Shown one piece after another: positions 22,452 to 35,754 of a stretch of 64,000 nucleotides of DNA. Source of the DNA: Azolla caroliniana (taxonomy: Eukaryota; Plantae; Polypodiophyta); assembly GCA_043228905.1 (NCBI GenBank), contig JBHGNT010000001.1:27404001-27468000 (forward strand). The letters are read 5' to 3'. Every line of letters starts with the position of its first letter. The stretch's first letter is position 1. Made by a program: the position numbers and the translations under genes. A model generated the notes under the pieces. It was not told the DNA's origin and did no database searches. It saw only the letters and a list, made by a program, of their open reading frames with translations.

Positions 22452-25409
22452 ATGGAAAATGCAGCAGCCCTCCCCGCTTCTCGAGCTGTGACAGCTTCTG
22501 CTTCATCTCTTCCTACAACAGGTAAATCCATTATCTCTCTTTCTCCCTCCCCGTCTGTGTCGAAGTTCCTTATTTGTGGACGGCTTTCTTCTCATTCTTG
22601 CATCTTACCGTTGCACTCTCACACACAATCCCGCTCTATATCCTTTTTTTTTTGCATGTTTCCGTACTTTATGTTCTAGAAAGGATGCCTAATCACGAGT
22701 TTTCTGATATTCTTTTCGTAAAAATGAGATTAATGATCTTCTTTTCCTGGAAGGATAGACTTTGTTGATGTTTCTGCCCTTCCTTTTTATTTTCTTTCCT
22801 GAAATAATAGCTAATGGCGAGTTCCTTTTCTGAAAAATAATGGGTAACTGTAAGATTTTTTTTATCTTCTATCCTTGAACAGGATAGCTAATGTTAAGGT
22901 TTCTGCATTCTTTTTCCTGAAAGAAAACCCAAATTTGTGAGATTTTTTATTTTCAATTGCCTGAAAGGATAGCCATATTTGAATTATTTTTTTCGTATTT
23001 TCCTGAATGGATAGTTTATACTGAGTTTTTGTTCTGCTATTCCTCCTTAAAACGATAGCTAATGTGGATATTTTTTTAACTGCTTTCCCTGAAAGAAAGC
23101 ATAATACTAATGGTGAGTGTTTCTGATGTCATTTCCTTGGAATGGACAGAAAATGTTGAGTGTCTCTGCTCTTGTTTTCCTGGAAAAAGACAGCTAAATG
23201 TATTTCTGTTTCCTCATTCTTCCATTGCGTCTATGTATGCAGGGAACAGTAATGTCAACCAGTCTGTCCTGAAAAGAAAGAAGGCAGGAACGGGGAGAGA
23301 AGAATCGCAGGGATCTGGAACACAACAACATTTTGCCATTGGCCCTGCTGAAGATGATGCTGTGATCCGGCAACGCCTCCTCACTCGCACTACCACCACT
23401 CGTGGAGAACCTCCCCTCAAGAAGCTCCTTAAGAGGTTCTTTGCTTTCTCGGCCGAGGTCGAGAAGGAAAACGTGAGTAATATCCCTGATTGCGAGAAGC
23501 TTTACCGAGCTTTCCTCCAGGAACTTAGTTCCTTTGAGCTCCCCCTCCTCAAGACGAAGGTGGTCATTGAGGCCAACAGAAGGGAACAGGAGTCATTTAA
23601 AGAGTTACAGACTGAGCTTGCTCAGAAAATTGTCCAGGTAGGAGTTTTATTGTTTATTGGTTTTGGGAAAACTCTGAAACATTTCTAAGTTTTTTCTTTA
23701 GTTTTTCCAATTCTCCCTTTCTAATGTTTTTGTTGTTTCCCAACATGCCCTTGAGAACACCCTCATGAGCAATTATATGTGCTATTGGTGTGATTTTATG
23801 ATCAATACATCCCCTTTATTCTCAATTATATGCCATTTTTCTTTTATCATTCAGGGTTTGGGGAAAATAATGGAAAACTAGGAGCATTTGGGGAAGTAGC
23901 GAAAAACTCGGGAATGTTTCCTTTTTGTGCAGAAATAGGTAGTGTAACCTAGGTAGTGATGCCGATCTTTTATTTATTTCAGGCACTGGTTTTAGGGAGT
24001 TTAAACTTTACATCTACTTTGTGATGTAGTTGTTTAATAAACTCTGTTCGATCTTAATGTTTTGGATAGTTTCATGCTGTAATTTAGTGAGTGAAAATTT
24101 GACCATATTTATCATGCTATAGTTAAAATACTGTAAATACTATGCAATGTCACATGCAGTAAACGAACCAACAACAGAACCTTGCCTGTAGATACTTGAA
24201 GGGAATATGTAATGAGTTTGAGCACTGGTTCATGTAAGTTCGATGTACCTAACTACATACCTCCTGCACACATGGAATGGACAAAAATGATTCTTGGAAA
24301 ATGAAAGACCAAATGAAGGAGTGAGTGTATCTTTGTAAGAGGATTTATTGAAGCTTAGTTGTTTTTGTTGATATCTTCTTTCTTATCATTCTGTTACTCA
24401 AATAATTCTTCGCTCTTCTTTGTCCTTTTCAATGTCACCTACCATCTTTGACCTGTTTGTTTATATCAATCATGTCTCATACTTGTTTTTTGTAAATGTG
24501 CAATGAAGAGCAATCTAATATCACTTCTCCTAGAAAGTGGGCCTTGGTTATGACTTGTTAATGGAAGTCTAATATAGTGATATAATTTGCTAAGAGAATG
24601 CTGATGCAGTGAACTGTTGGCTTTTGCATTGTCTTTTCTTTTATATTGTTCTTGATAGTGAAATGTTTTCAGTTCTATATAGGCTCAAACAGACATCGAA
24701 GAGTTGAAGGTTCAGTTAGAGGAAAGTAAGATTGAACGACAACATAAGGAGGAATGTGAAGCCATCAGACGGTTGATTGGGGCACAGCCAGCGAGGGCAG
24801 AAACACAGAAAGCTCTAGATGAATTGTCAAGAGAACTTGCCTCTCTAGAGGCTGAGAATTTGGCTGCCTCAAGAACATTGGAGCTTCGCAAAAAGCAGTT
24901 CTCACTTCTTTTGCATGTGGTAAGACTATAACCCTGGAGAGCTTTGTCAAAATCATACTTAAATGAAAAACATCAAAATGGCCCTAAATTTTAATTTTTT
25001 ATTGTTTCCCAAATGGCCCTGGTCAATTCCAAAAGAAAATGAAGGTGATAATTGGAAAATACAACTGCTGTAATAGTGGATACAGATTGGAGAAGTTGAC
25101 ATATATACAATCATATAGTTGTTCAAATATCACATATTATTGTTTGACATGGATTGGCCAAAGGCATTTGGGATAATTAAGCAATAACTATGGTATTCCA
25201 CAGTTTTCCCGTAACTGTGTGGCTTAGCAACGCTATTTGCATGTCTGCAGGTTGATGATTTGCAAACTACAATTGAAGATGACCTTAAATGTTCCGGAGA
25301 TGAGTCTAAGATTTTGACAGAAGATTTGAAGGGTATGGAAAAATCGAATGAACTTGAGAAACCTTGCATAGAAAACAGTGGTTCAGCAACTCCAATGCAA
25401 GCTGGCTAG
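22452..25409 (+). CDS. THO7: THO complex subunit 7 (THOC7/Mft1 family), 4 exons
   Basis: Exons 22452-22521, 23243-23637, 24683-24919, 25251-25409. Peptides [58 protein letters not shown] and [23 protein letters not shown] match plant THO7. Exon 1 is inferred from a compatible splice phase. Confidence 0.92.
22670..23205. repeat. Degenerate ~43-bp tandem repeat filling the first THO7 intron
   Basis: Core tttcctgaaaggatagctaatg recurs about 12 times (near 22675, 22744, 22797, 22827, 22873, 22915, 22960, 23000, 23045, 23087, 23133, 23177). Confidence 0.8.
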
Positions 25410-25609
25410 AAACATTCCAGTATAGCAAACCCTTACCTTATCTAACCTATTCCTTTTCACTATGGTTCAGGAACATAAAAAAATTTATACAGAGTTGATA
25501 ATTTTCACATGTTTTCTGTGAGCACATTTTTGTATTTAAGGATATTATTGTCCACCATATGATTGTTTTAGTTTGTTAATTCTGGTTACGTACGCAGCTT
25601 TTTCTAGCC

Positions 25610-25800
25610 AGTAAAATGCCATCTCAGCATATGAGGTTGATTGAAGACATATCTAATTTGAGTCTTTGATCATGAGATTTCTATTCATTTATGTGGTTTA
25701 TATAGTAAAATGCCATCTCAGCATATGAGGTTGATTGAAGACATATCTAATTTGAGTCTTTGATCATGAGATTTCTATTCATTTATGCGGTTTATATAGT
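25610..25800. repeat. Near-perfect 94-bp tandem duplication in the THO7 3' region
   Basis: gtaaaatgccatctcagcat...ggtttatata starts at 25611 and 25705 with one mismatch (gtgg/gcgg). Confidence 0.95.
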
Positions 25801-26511
25801 CTTGAGCTTTGGTTCTCTTTTGTGATGGTGCACAATGAAAAGTCAGAGCCACTCATGTAACCAAGATACACCCCTCACATGAATATAAATCTATCCTTCT
25901 CATAGAGAGAGTGAGCAACGCCTTTTATAAAATGCCTACCATGGCCATTGAAATAATTGGCATTTGAACTACAAAGTATTTTGTTCACATAATCAGTTTA
26001 AATACAATCTTTGATTTTGTACTTGATTATGTTATTTTCAAGGTATTGCTGTCAGCTAGTTGATTTCGTTTTCAGCTTCTTCACTCACATAGCAAATTAG
26101 GAAAAGTCATCTTAACAAGAATATAATTAGGAAAAGTGGAAGTAGCATACCAAAATCGCACAATATCTACTATGCAAATGAACGTTCAATGTAGATTATT
26201 AATACTATATAGTTGCAACGGGTAATAATTAATACATTCATAGTTTGAAACTATTTGTAGATTTAAAAAAAGAGAGCCATTTTCCAATTCAATTTTTGTA
26301 TAAATCATTGTGGCATTTTGATTTACAGTACCTTGATCCACTTTTAGGCTGTGCATTGACAAAAAATACCACTGTCACTCATTTTGAGTGTACAAGAAGA
26401 AGACATGAATTAATTAACCAGTTCATTGCGGGGACTTTGCACCACTGCAATGTGGAAATGAATAAAAGATCTTATACACATGTTCTAGCAATAAAATGCA
26501 GCACTACAAAA

Positions 26512-29154
26512 TTATGTTCCATAACTACGGTCTCCAGCATCGCCGATGCCTGGTAGAATATCACTGGCAAAAAAACATTATTTCCTTTTTTGTTAGTCTC
26601 AAAATACCCATCCATTTCATCTTGTCTCTCACTATTAGCTCAGCTCCGTCATCACCCATTAACATTAAAAATACCTCCCCCTTTCTCTTTGCAAAATACG
26701 ATTTCCAGATAAATGAAGTTGCAGCAAGAAGTGGTGAAATTGTGGAAAGAAAAGAGTTTTGCAAGATTTGGAAAACATTATGGGATAAGTTTCTGGAAAC
26801 AAGAAAAAAATCGTGATGCTTCTTAACTTACCCTCTTTCGTTCACCACCTCATCCACAGTTCCAGTGTAAATTCTCAGGCTGCAAAAATCACGCAAAATT
26901 TTTCGTGTTAAAATATGCTTTAACCAAAGCAAGTCAATATTTTTAGATCAATAAACAGAAATATAGTATAAAATTACCCAGGAAACCTTTGGCTCAGTTG
27001 ATCAAGGGCTGGTGGAGCAGCAACGGCTGAAATCTGAGGCAGACACATATATAATATGAAACACAGAGAAAACAATGTTGTATCTTGACGCAACACACAG
27101 TCTAGGCATTTCCTTCCTACAGATGTAAGGCTGCTAATTCTGAGAAACTATTTATTATCTGAGTACAACATAATTCAGGCTATCAATATATTTAAGTCCG
27201 TAACCAATGTTACCTTTAACACATAAGCAACCCTAATTTATATCTTGAAGTAACAGAGTTTCAATTTCATTCTCTACGGATGTCTTCTCGAGTCAACACT
27301 GTTTCAGTCTTTTGTGGTATTTGTTATTATTATATTTTTCAGAACTCTAAATTTTCAAGACTAGGTCTGTTTGGGTTCAAACACAGTCAAATGAAAGACT
27401 ACATTGTGACTAAAACTCACCACCCGTATCGATCGATGATCCACATTGTGTTGCTTTAGTAGATCAATTGTTGCAGTAAGTGTGCCACCTATACATTAAA
27501 AAATACAAAACACTCTTATTTGTAGTAATTCACCCCTCATTAGGAAAATACTAGCATGTCACAAATTCATTACCAGTAGAGAGCATTGGATCAGCAATAA
27601 GGACTCGTACACCATCTGGAAATTTATCCGGTAACCTATTAAAATTTATCCGGTAATTACAAAGACAATTTATGATCCCATCCATCTATTATCATCTGTT
27701 CAAGGGGCGTACATATCAACCAATATAAAATAGTATTGAGATAAGTTATTACTAACTTGTTAAGATACAATGTTGGTTGAAGTGTTGCCTCATCACGAAC
27801 AAAACCTATTTAAAAAATGCATTGTATATCAGTATCCAGAGAGTTGCAGACTACAGAAGATTTTGATCAAGTTGAAAGCATGCACTAAAACATTAGAGAA
27901 CCTTTATAGAATGTGAACGGTTCCTTCTACTTCACCTATGTGGTAAGTTTGTGTAGAAGGCAAGACTGAAGACACATGTTCCACCAACACAAGCCCTGCA
28001 CGAAGAATCGGAACCACCTAGAGCAACCAAGAGATTGATTATTCTAAGGTTTGGGAAAAGTTTTTGTTTGATATAACCGAGATTTCAAGGATAAAAACAC
28101 CGAATATACCACTAAGCTTGAAAAATGACAAGAAAACCCATTTGTACTAACCAATTTTGTACAACAAAGGTGTATTTTGGTTTTTCATAATTTTAATGAT
28201 TAGGGGTATCCTGGTGAATATTTAACAATGTTCAGGGGAATTAGGTTCTTTCCTCAAACTGAATACTAACCCTAACAGGCTCTCTAGGATCAATGAATTC
28301 TACATTCGCAACTCCACAAGGTGTTTGAACTACACCTTTAACACTTAACTGCATCAAGAGAGAGAAAATCGTTAGCTTACCACGTTCATACAATTCTGGG
28401 AAGGAACTTACAAAAACAAAAGAATACTCACTAGCCAATCTCGGGAAGCTTCATACATTAGAAATCTTCCCAACTCAGCCAAGGCCGTTCCTACAAATTC
28501 AATATAAAAAAATGAATATAAACACTAATTTTAATATAGAAGCTACATATACATTACTGTAAACTCAATAGAGATGCTCGATTCAAGAACATGCTAGGAA
28601 CAAATGACATTAGAAAAATACAAAGAATTTGGAACCATACTGAAATTGAAGATCAAAGAACTAAAAATTAGTGTTCACCACTTGACAAACACAGTAACAC
28701 AAATTGAAATTACAAAAGAGAGGCTTCCGAACCATACTGAAAATGGGTGTCGGACTCGATTCATTCCGGATTACAGATAACCAATGTTTGATAAGTGGAT
28801 GAGGAGGCACATATACCTGGTACCAAACATTCAAATAAAAGCACTTGAAACAAAGCTTTATTACATAATTAAAAACTCTAATCCAAAAAGGTTTCTTTCA
28901 AAGCATGATTAATGTACTTGCTCCTAAAACATTTCAAAATACGACCCAAAAATGATTCGTTACGATTATCTGTTTTTTGAGACATAATAAAAACATTTTC
29001 CGGAAGCATTGCTTACGATCATTGTTTCTTCTCCCACTTTCCTTTCGATCAGATTCAACCCCAATGCAGGCGGCAATAGAAAGGGGCCGGAAACGTCATT
29101 TTTTATCCGAGACAAATTGGATGATGTTACGCTGGTGAACCTCAGGCAATGCAT
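26512..29154 (-). CDS. UPP: Uracil phosphoribosyltransferase, plastid UPP type, 11 coding exons
   Basis: Exons 29154-29017, 28816-28738, 28490-28432, 28348-28271, 28017-27936, 27805-27757, 27635-27574, 27488-27421, 27033-26978, 26879-26832, 26563-26512. Peptides VYVPPHPLIKHWLSVIRNE, AELGRFLMYEASRDWL, VEFIDPREP, VVPILRAGL, ADPMLSTGGT (PRPP loop) and ILPGIGDAGDRSYGT*. The start codon is less certain; a 5' exon probably lies near 30100-30250. Confidence 0.93.
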
Positions 29155-29722
29155 TCTCTGCAACAATAAGCAAAAAAATAAAATTAAAGAAAAGCGCAAA
29201 TCCAACGCCTCATGTATACACACAGATAGACATAGATATTAACATACCAGAGGGATTTCAATATAGTTCTTTCCATTCACATGACAATGGTTAATAATCA
29301 CTACTAAGAAATGGATGCCCTGAGATTTGAAGACAACATATCAGGCCCTAAACACATGTGCTTAATTAAAACATCTACTTTTACACAAACCTATACAGAA
29401 AAACGCTAATCCATAAACCAATGTGCATTCTATGGAACCTGTTTGGGAAATCCATAAACCCTAATCCCAAGAGCCATGTGCAGTTGTATAGCATCTATTT
29501 GTTGCATACCTTTAGGAGATTTATGCAGAAAACCCTAACCCGTAAACCCATTGGCATTTTTATAGTATCTATTTCTACATACCTTTCTTCACTAATAATG
29601 GAGCAAATCCCTTCTTATCTACTACATACTTCTTTCTTCTATGCTTCAGAAAGTATTTAACCTATCTATCTACCCAGGGTGCCCATCTTCTCAACTTCAA
29701 AGATAATGCAAATATATTTATT

Positions 29723-29756
<34 letters not shown>

Positions 29757-32700
29757 ACATAAAAAAAGGATGGGTTCATTAAAAAACCTGCAACCATATT
29801 CATTGGTTAATTAATCATCATTGAAACAGCTAGCTATACATCCTCTCACATTACTGAGAGAATGAATGGGTGAAGAAAAGATTCAAATGCAAATGCTGTG
29901 TCGCTGTCTCTACCCTAATTCTGTTGAATGTGACAAATCAGAAGGGGGGGGGGAAGGGGAGAGATACATAAATAGAGACAGACAGACAGACAGACAGACA
30001 GAATGAAAGGCTCAAAAAAGCTTCTGTATCCTTCTCTCTCTCTCTCTCTCTCTCCTCCTTGGGACTTGTTGCTTCCTTAACTTAACTCTTCGTCTTCTTC
30101 TAGAAACTTAACTGTCTCTGCGACTGACCGCTCTGTGAAGGCACCATTGAATTTGTGATGAGAAGTGAGAGAAGTGACCCCCCCTAAAGATGGAAGAAAA
30201 AGAAAAGGGAAGGGAAGGGGTCTTCACACACACACACACACACCCCTCTATCTTTATCTCTATCTTTGAGTTCTTTCGGATCGACCAAAAAATCCGAAGG
30301 CCGTAGCGCGCGGAAGAGATCGATATAGATTTCATTATCGTCTTCCTCCGATAGAGAAGCAAGATCAATCATCTGTTTGATCGGATGTTGGTATTTAGCC
30401 TTTGTATCACAATAGAGACGAGATGAAATGTCTCCTTCTGTTTTCTAGATGTACATTTCTCAAAGTAATATACTACCGTGTATCTTTCTATAAAAAATCA
30501 ATCAATCGAATGAGAATGAGAATGAGAAAAAAGACGGCGTGTGGCCCTCCTGACTGATCGAGACACATTCTCCCTCCCTCCCTCCCTCTCTCTCTCTCTC
30601 TCTCATATTTAGTTTTTCCGAATTAGAAATCCCGAAGCCTTGGTGCAATGAGTGGGAGGGTTGGGCGGATATATGTGTTATTGTCCTCCCCCGAAAGAGG
30701 GAGAGGGAGAGAATAAATAAATAAAAACCAAAGTTGGTTTGTGACAATGCCCTTCTCTTTAAAGTTTAGATACAGGACTGATAAAATCAATCAATCTCCC
30801 CGATCGCGTCTGGAATGGGTTCGAAATATGTACATACATTAAAAGACATCATGAATGTTGTTATAAAAGGTAGCAATTGCAAAGTGGTTGGGTAGAATTT
30901 GATTAACTTCACTACAGATAATGACTGGCACACTGGCACATCATCCACTTTAAACTACTACTACACCAACTCTCTTCCATTGTCTCTTACTTACATAACC
31001 CTTGAAGTAAGTTTTCATGGAATGTATGTACGTAGATTAGGGAGGCCCTAGTTATTATTGTCTCTACCTTATGGTCTTTCTACATCACGTGTAGAACTCA
31101 AATCCTTGTCATGGTACAATGGTTTGAGAGTTGCTTCACAAAGCTTAGTTGTACACAACTCGTTATGTATGCCTTCCACCAACTCTGCTAATGGGAAAAG
31201 TCCAACACAACATGTTGCCTTGAGACCTTAGAATCCCATGGCAGCAATATCGTTGTCATTCAACACTTCATTTGTCTTCTAGTGTTGCCTTTGGCTTCCT
31301 TTAAGTTGCCTTTCACATTGTATCATTTCTCCTTGTTCCCTACTTCCCATCCTCGTGTTACCTTGATACTCCTTATGGAGCATTCCATAGCAGTTGGGTG
31401 TGTTTGCATATGGGCCTACTAGGTTTTCCAGAGGGTAGTTCTAGGAGAGCATGTTTAGGTCATGAAAGTCACATGGGTCAATTTAAACTTTTTTCTCTTT
31501 CTAGGTTGTCACATCATGGTTAGAACTTAGGAGTATATTTAAAAGAATGTGCACAATGATGATGGAAATTTCGCACAAAGGCATTAACTTGCACAAAAAT
31601 GCAAAAATTACATGAAGATGGGGAGGAAGGTCAACATTTTGCAGCATGGTAAACAATCACAACGGTGTCAACTTTACATGATTCTTGGAAGATCACCTTA
31701 AGGTGTAGGTACACTTTATGTACATATATTGATTGGTAATGCCACGTGATTAGTGTTAATCCAAAGGACCAAATCTCAGAAGGGGGCATGCTATGAAACA
31801 ATTTATATAAAATTAAGGAAATTTAAAATAGATTTTAGAAAACAAATTAAAATTTATGAAAAAGGGCAGGGCTTCTAAGCTCCTCGGGTTATCCCTTTCT
31901 TGGTCCTTTTGGGACATGTTTCATGGCATCTTTATTTATGTGTCATTGGTAAAGTTTGAAACTCAACCCATTGTTGATTACTACCCACCATTCTTGTTGC
32001 TTACCTCTCATCACGTTGACAACTTCTAAAGTGGACATATCCTAAATTGATTACTAGCCAGGTAGGTTGAGAAGATAGTAAACCATTTAAAGCTTTCTAA
32101 AGGGCTTTGGTTTGTCTTAAGTTTTGAAACTCTTAAACTATTTGAGTCTCAAACCATTGTTGATAACTAGTCACCATTCTTGTTGCCTACCACTTGTTGC
32201 ACCATGGCCTTGTCAATTTGGCGACTCCTGAAAGAGCCAACTCTTGAATTGGTGATTGTCAAATCAACAAATCCTAAAACAACAATGACTTCATAACCTA
32301 AAATGGCATCTCTTGTATAGGAAGTAGACTTCTTAGGTGTAGTTTGAACCAAGCTAAGATGCACAATAACAAGTAGTTCTCCTCATATTAGATTACTTCT
32401 CATGCTTAATGCACACATAACATTGAAGGTAAAGGGAGAGGCAGAAGCAATAAAATAAGAGTAAGATTTACAAAGTTGATATCAAGTAAAATAAATTACA
32501 AAAGAGGATACATATCTCCCCTGTCCTCGTTGATTTACAACCTTATTTCATGTTATATTAATCTCTCTCTATCTTACTTCTAAGCAATTGCCCTTACTTT
32601 TTATTGGGGTGGATGATGGGATGAGATCAAGCTTCCATCACCCACCTTGCCAAACCAAATTTCATCCAAGTTCAACGTTCATTTTATTTTTCTAGGTTTG

Positions 32701-34449
32701 TACACCTAAGTGAAGTCGTTCATGAGCATGCCAAATGTTGATTGTGAGGGCAATTTTGTAAATATGTAAAGGAATAACATATGCTTGGAGAAGTCCGAAT
32801 AACCATCAATGGTGCGGCAAGCGAGAGGTTAGAGGAGACTTGGAATGTTAAAGATACTTGAAATACTCATACTTCATACCGTGCAAACATTGTTAAATAG
32901 GATGGCCACTTACACATAGGCTTCAATAAAGGAAGATAATACTCTCATTCACAAGACAATAAACAATTAATTATTGACCAATATTGTTTTATCAAGGAGA
33001 GAGTACTGCAATTGTCATAACCCCAAAATTGTCCTCCCTATGTTACTTTAAAATAGGTTGTATTTATACTATGGGAATTGTGACTGCCACTACAACCTAA
33101 CCTCCCTCCTTACCTTTTAATCATTAGATGACCCCTTCATGTTTTGGCTTCACTTATTTCCCTAACTTTCCATATCCTCTTTTGTGGGCCCTTCATTATT
33201 TTCTATATATACACAATGTCATCCTTATGGTCATGTTGCCAATGGAACCGGTATCAACAACCTCTTAATCACACATATTCAAGCATTTCATATTTATGTA
33301 AAACTTTTTGTATATGTAACTAAACACAAGGTGGAGTATCAAAGCCTATACCTTGTCTTTATAAAGTGATTTTTATATGAAGTGAGAGGAGTAAAAACAA
33401 ACCCGCTATAAATTGGTAAACTTGTTTGTTCGGTTATCTTAATGTGTACATCAACGAATTAATGTGAGTCGTCTACAACATAACAATGTACAATCAATGG
33501 GACATTTAGTATTTCATGTGTGAATGAAACACAAAATGAGGCACTACTATAGTCTATTACTATATAACTATGAATGGATCATGGTGAGGGACATGGATCT
33601 CGAATATATGTATTTTGTCTAATGGTCGAATGAGAAATATATTTACTAAATGCATTAAGAGTGCATAAGTCGGGACATTTAGTATTTCATTAAAATAATT
33701 GTATTATCAAATTTATGTATAAAGTTATCCTACCCAAAATATATGTGCAATAATATGAAATATGTTTGATGTTCTACATGTGTATAAAGAGCCATATTTA
33801 AGCATGATTAAGACATCCATTTTATAGTCCATCTGGTTTTGCATGACCTTGTTGAAAGCTGTCCACATTCATGGTGCGCAACAATTTAACAACCTATGGC
33901 GTCTAATTCAGTCCATTCTACAAGGAATTTTTCTAAGCATTGAAGCAACCAAGATGTTTCAACACAAATATCCTACAGATTTATAGAAGCCAAAGTTGGG
34001 TATCAACCATGATTTGAAACCCTATAGGCAATTTTATCATAACAAAATTGAACCTCGAATGATCATAACACCCATCCAACCTCATGGTCTGCTTAATATT
34101 AAGGATTCGGAAACAATGTCCCTTCTACTAGGATCTCTTTGATCTGGTTTTCTTTATTATATTGTAAGGTTTCGGTACTGAGACATTTAAAACCATTCTG
34201 TAGTTTTCTTTCATGACATTGTTCAATCTTAGTATTTAGTTGAATAATCTCTCTAACATATCGTAAACATTTGGTTAAGTGCACACTTAGGGTTGAATAT
34301 GAAAATCCTATTGATACAAGAGGCATCCGGTACACGAGTTAGCCTCGTGATCTTCTCTTCCTTAATAGAAGGGTTAGGCGAATGACAAAGCAATAGATGG
34401 CTTGGAAGGAGATGTTCCTCCACGTGACATTAGGATGAATAAAAAATTA

Positions 34450-34720
34450 TGGGCTCTTTCCACCTAATTAGGGGCATGTTTAACAAATTATTGGTGGGTT
34501 GCTCTGCAGTAGATTATCATTAGGCTCTTTCTACCTGATTGGGGGTATGTTCAACAAATGATCAATGGCTTGATCTGTTGTGGATTATCAATGGCCTCTT
34601 TGGGGCATGTTCAGTACATTATCAGTGGCTTGCTCCATATCGGATTATAGGTGGGCTCCTTCTACCCAATTGGGGGCATGTTCAACAAATTATCGGTTGG
34701 CTTCTATCTAGCGCCCCCAA
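34450..34720. repeat. Degenerate ~70-bp tandem repeat, 4 copies
   Basis: gggctctttc.acc.aattgggggcatgttcaacaaattat.ggtgg.ttgctc at ~34451, 34522, 34593 (shortened) and 34652. Confidence 0.8.
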
Positions 34721-35162
34721 CATGTCCATGATCAAATTCATCCATAGTAGCTACACGTTAGTTAATGGCACATTCCTTGGTGAGCCTATTACCACAAAAA
34801 ATTTACGAAGATTGCTACCAAATTCAAGTGGAAGTTAATCCCAATTCCTCCATTGATGCCCTTGGGTTTTGTTTACTCACCATGAGTCACATAAGTAACC
34901 CTAGAAAAAATCCAAAATGAAGAAACCCTAACCCTAAGAGTCGGGTGAAAAGCAAGGCAAGGGACTCATGGAATTGTCTCGACTTAGAGCAAGTCGAGGG
35001 GTATTGTTGTGAATATGAGAACTCTATTTAGTTCTTCCTTGTTCCTCTCATGATGCCCCTTGGGTTTTTCGGTTTGTTGGCTACCATTTCCATGGCTCAG
35101 ATTGCTCTCTCGGGCATTTGCTCAAACAATTGAAAACCTTGCGTTTGCCTTTCTCTGTAATA

Positions 35163-35458
35163 GGAGTCGATTGGAACTAAATGAATTTCTGTATGTTGTC
35201 ATAAACCAATCAGCCCCTTCATACCACTTTCACCACTAATGCAAAATTGTCATCCATAATCACAATGTATAAACTATCCTTTGATGCCCTAACATCCACT
35301 TCTTGAATTGCCGATGAGTGATTAGTACCATGACCTATCACAACAACAGCCTCACCCATTTCCTTCAATGTCCTCACCATCAATAGCTTATTTGATGGAG
35401 ATGATCTTGCCAAGATAGAGATGCTTTGCAAATGCTTCTTTCTTTCCTCATTCGAATA
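35163..35458 (-). pseudogene. P2B-type Ca2+-ATPase (ACA) gene fragment
   Basis: ILARSSPSNKLLMVRTLKEMGEAVVVIGHGTNHSSAIQEVDV...SKDSLYIVIMDDNFALVVKVV*RG*LVYDNIQKFI*FQ follows the ACA hinge (ARSSP.DK, TGDGTNDAPAL.EAD, IIILDDNF, VYANIQKFIQFQ). It has stops, has lost the catalytic Asp residues and lacks GLSMGIQGTEV. Confidence 0.88.
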
Positions 35459-35754
35459 TATAATAGAATGTAATATTGTGAAGAAACAACGTAATTGTTT
35501 TTAACTGGATTTTGGCCTCCCAAAAAAGTGCACTTGATAGAATTGCACACTTAAATGGAAACACACTTAACCGAATGGTTACTGTATTGGGTAATGATAT
35601 ACTTTTGAGTTGTGTTTCACAGATAAAAAACCTTACTAATATTGTATGAAATCATACTGATTAGTATACATGGACAGCCTAGAAACATTCATATTACAAA
35701 ACATTGGAAGCGATGCCTTCATTTAGTGTTAGCCTGAAGATCAAGGGCACGGGC

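Noticed and set aside
90-29154. Functional cluster of transcription/mRNA genes (TPL, ELL-like, THO7)
   Set aside because: Mixed orientation with no shared regulatory evidence; adjacency of housekeeping genes is unremarkable without synteny data
30750-34400. Long intergenic stretch with short ORFs and possible TE remnants
   Set aside because: No diagnostic protein motif, terminal repeat or RNA gene that I can support
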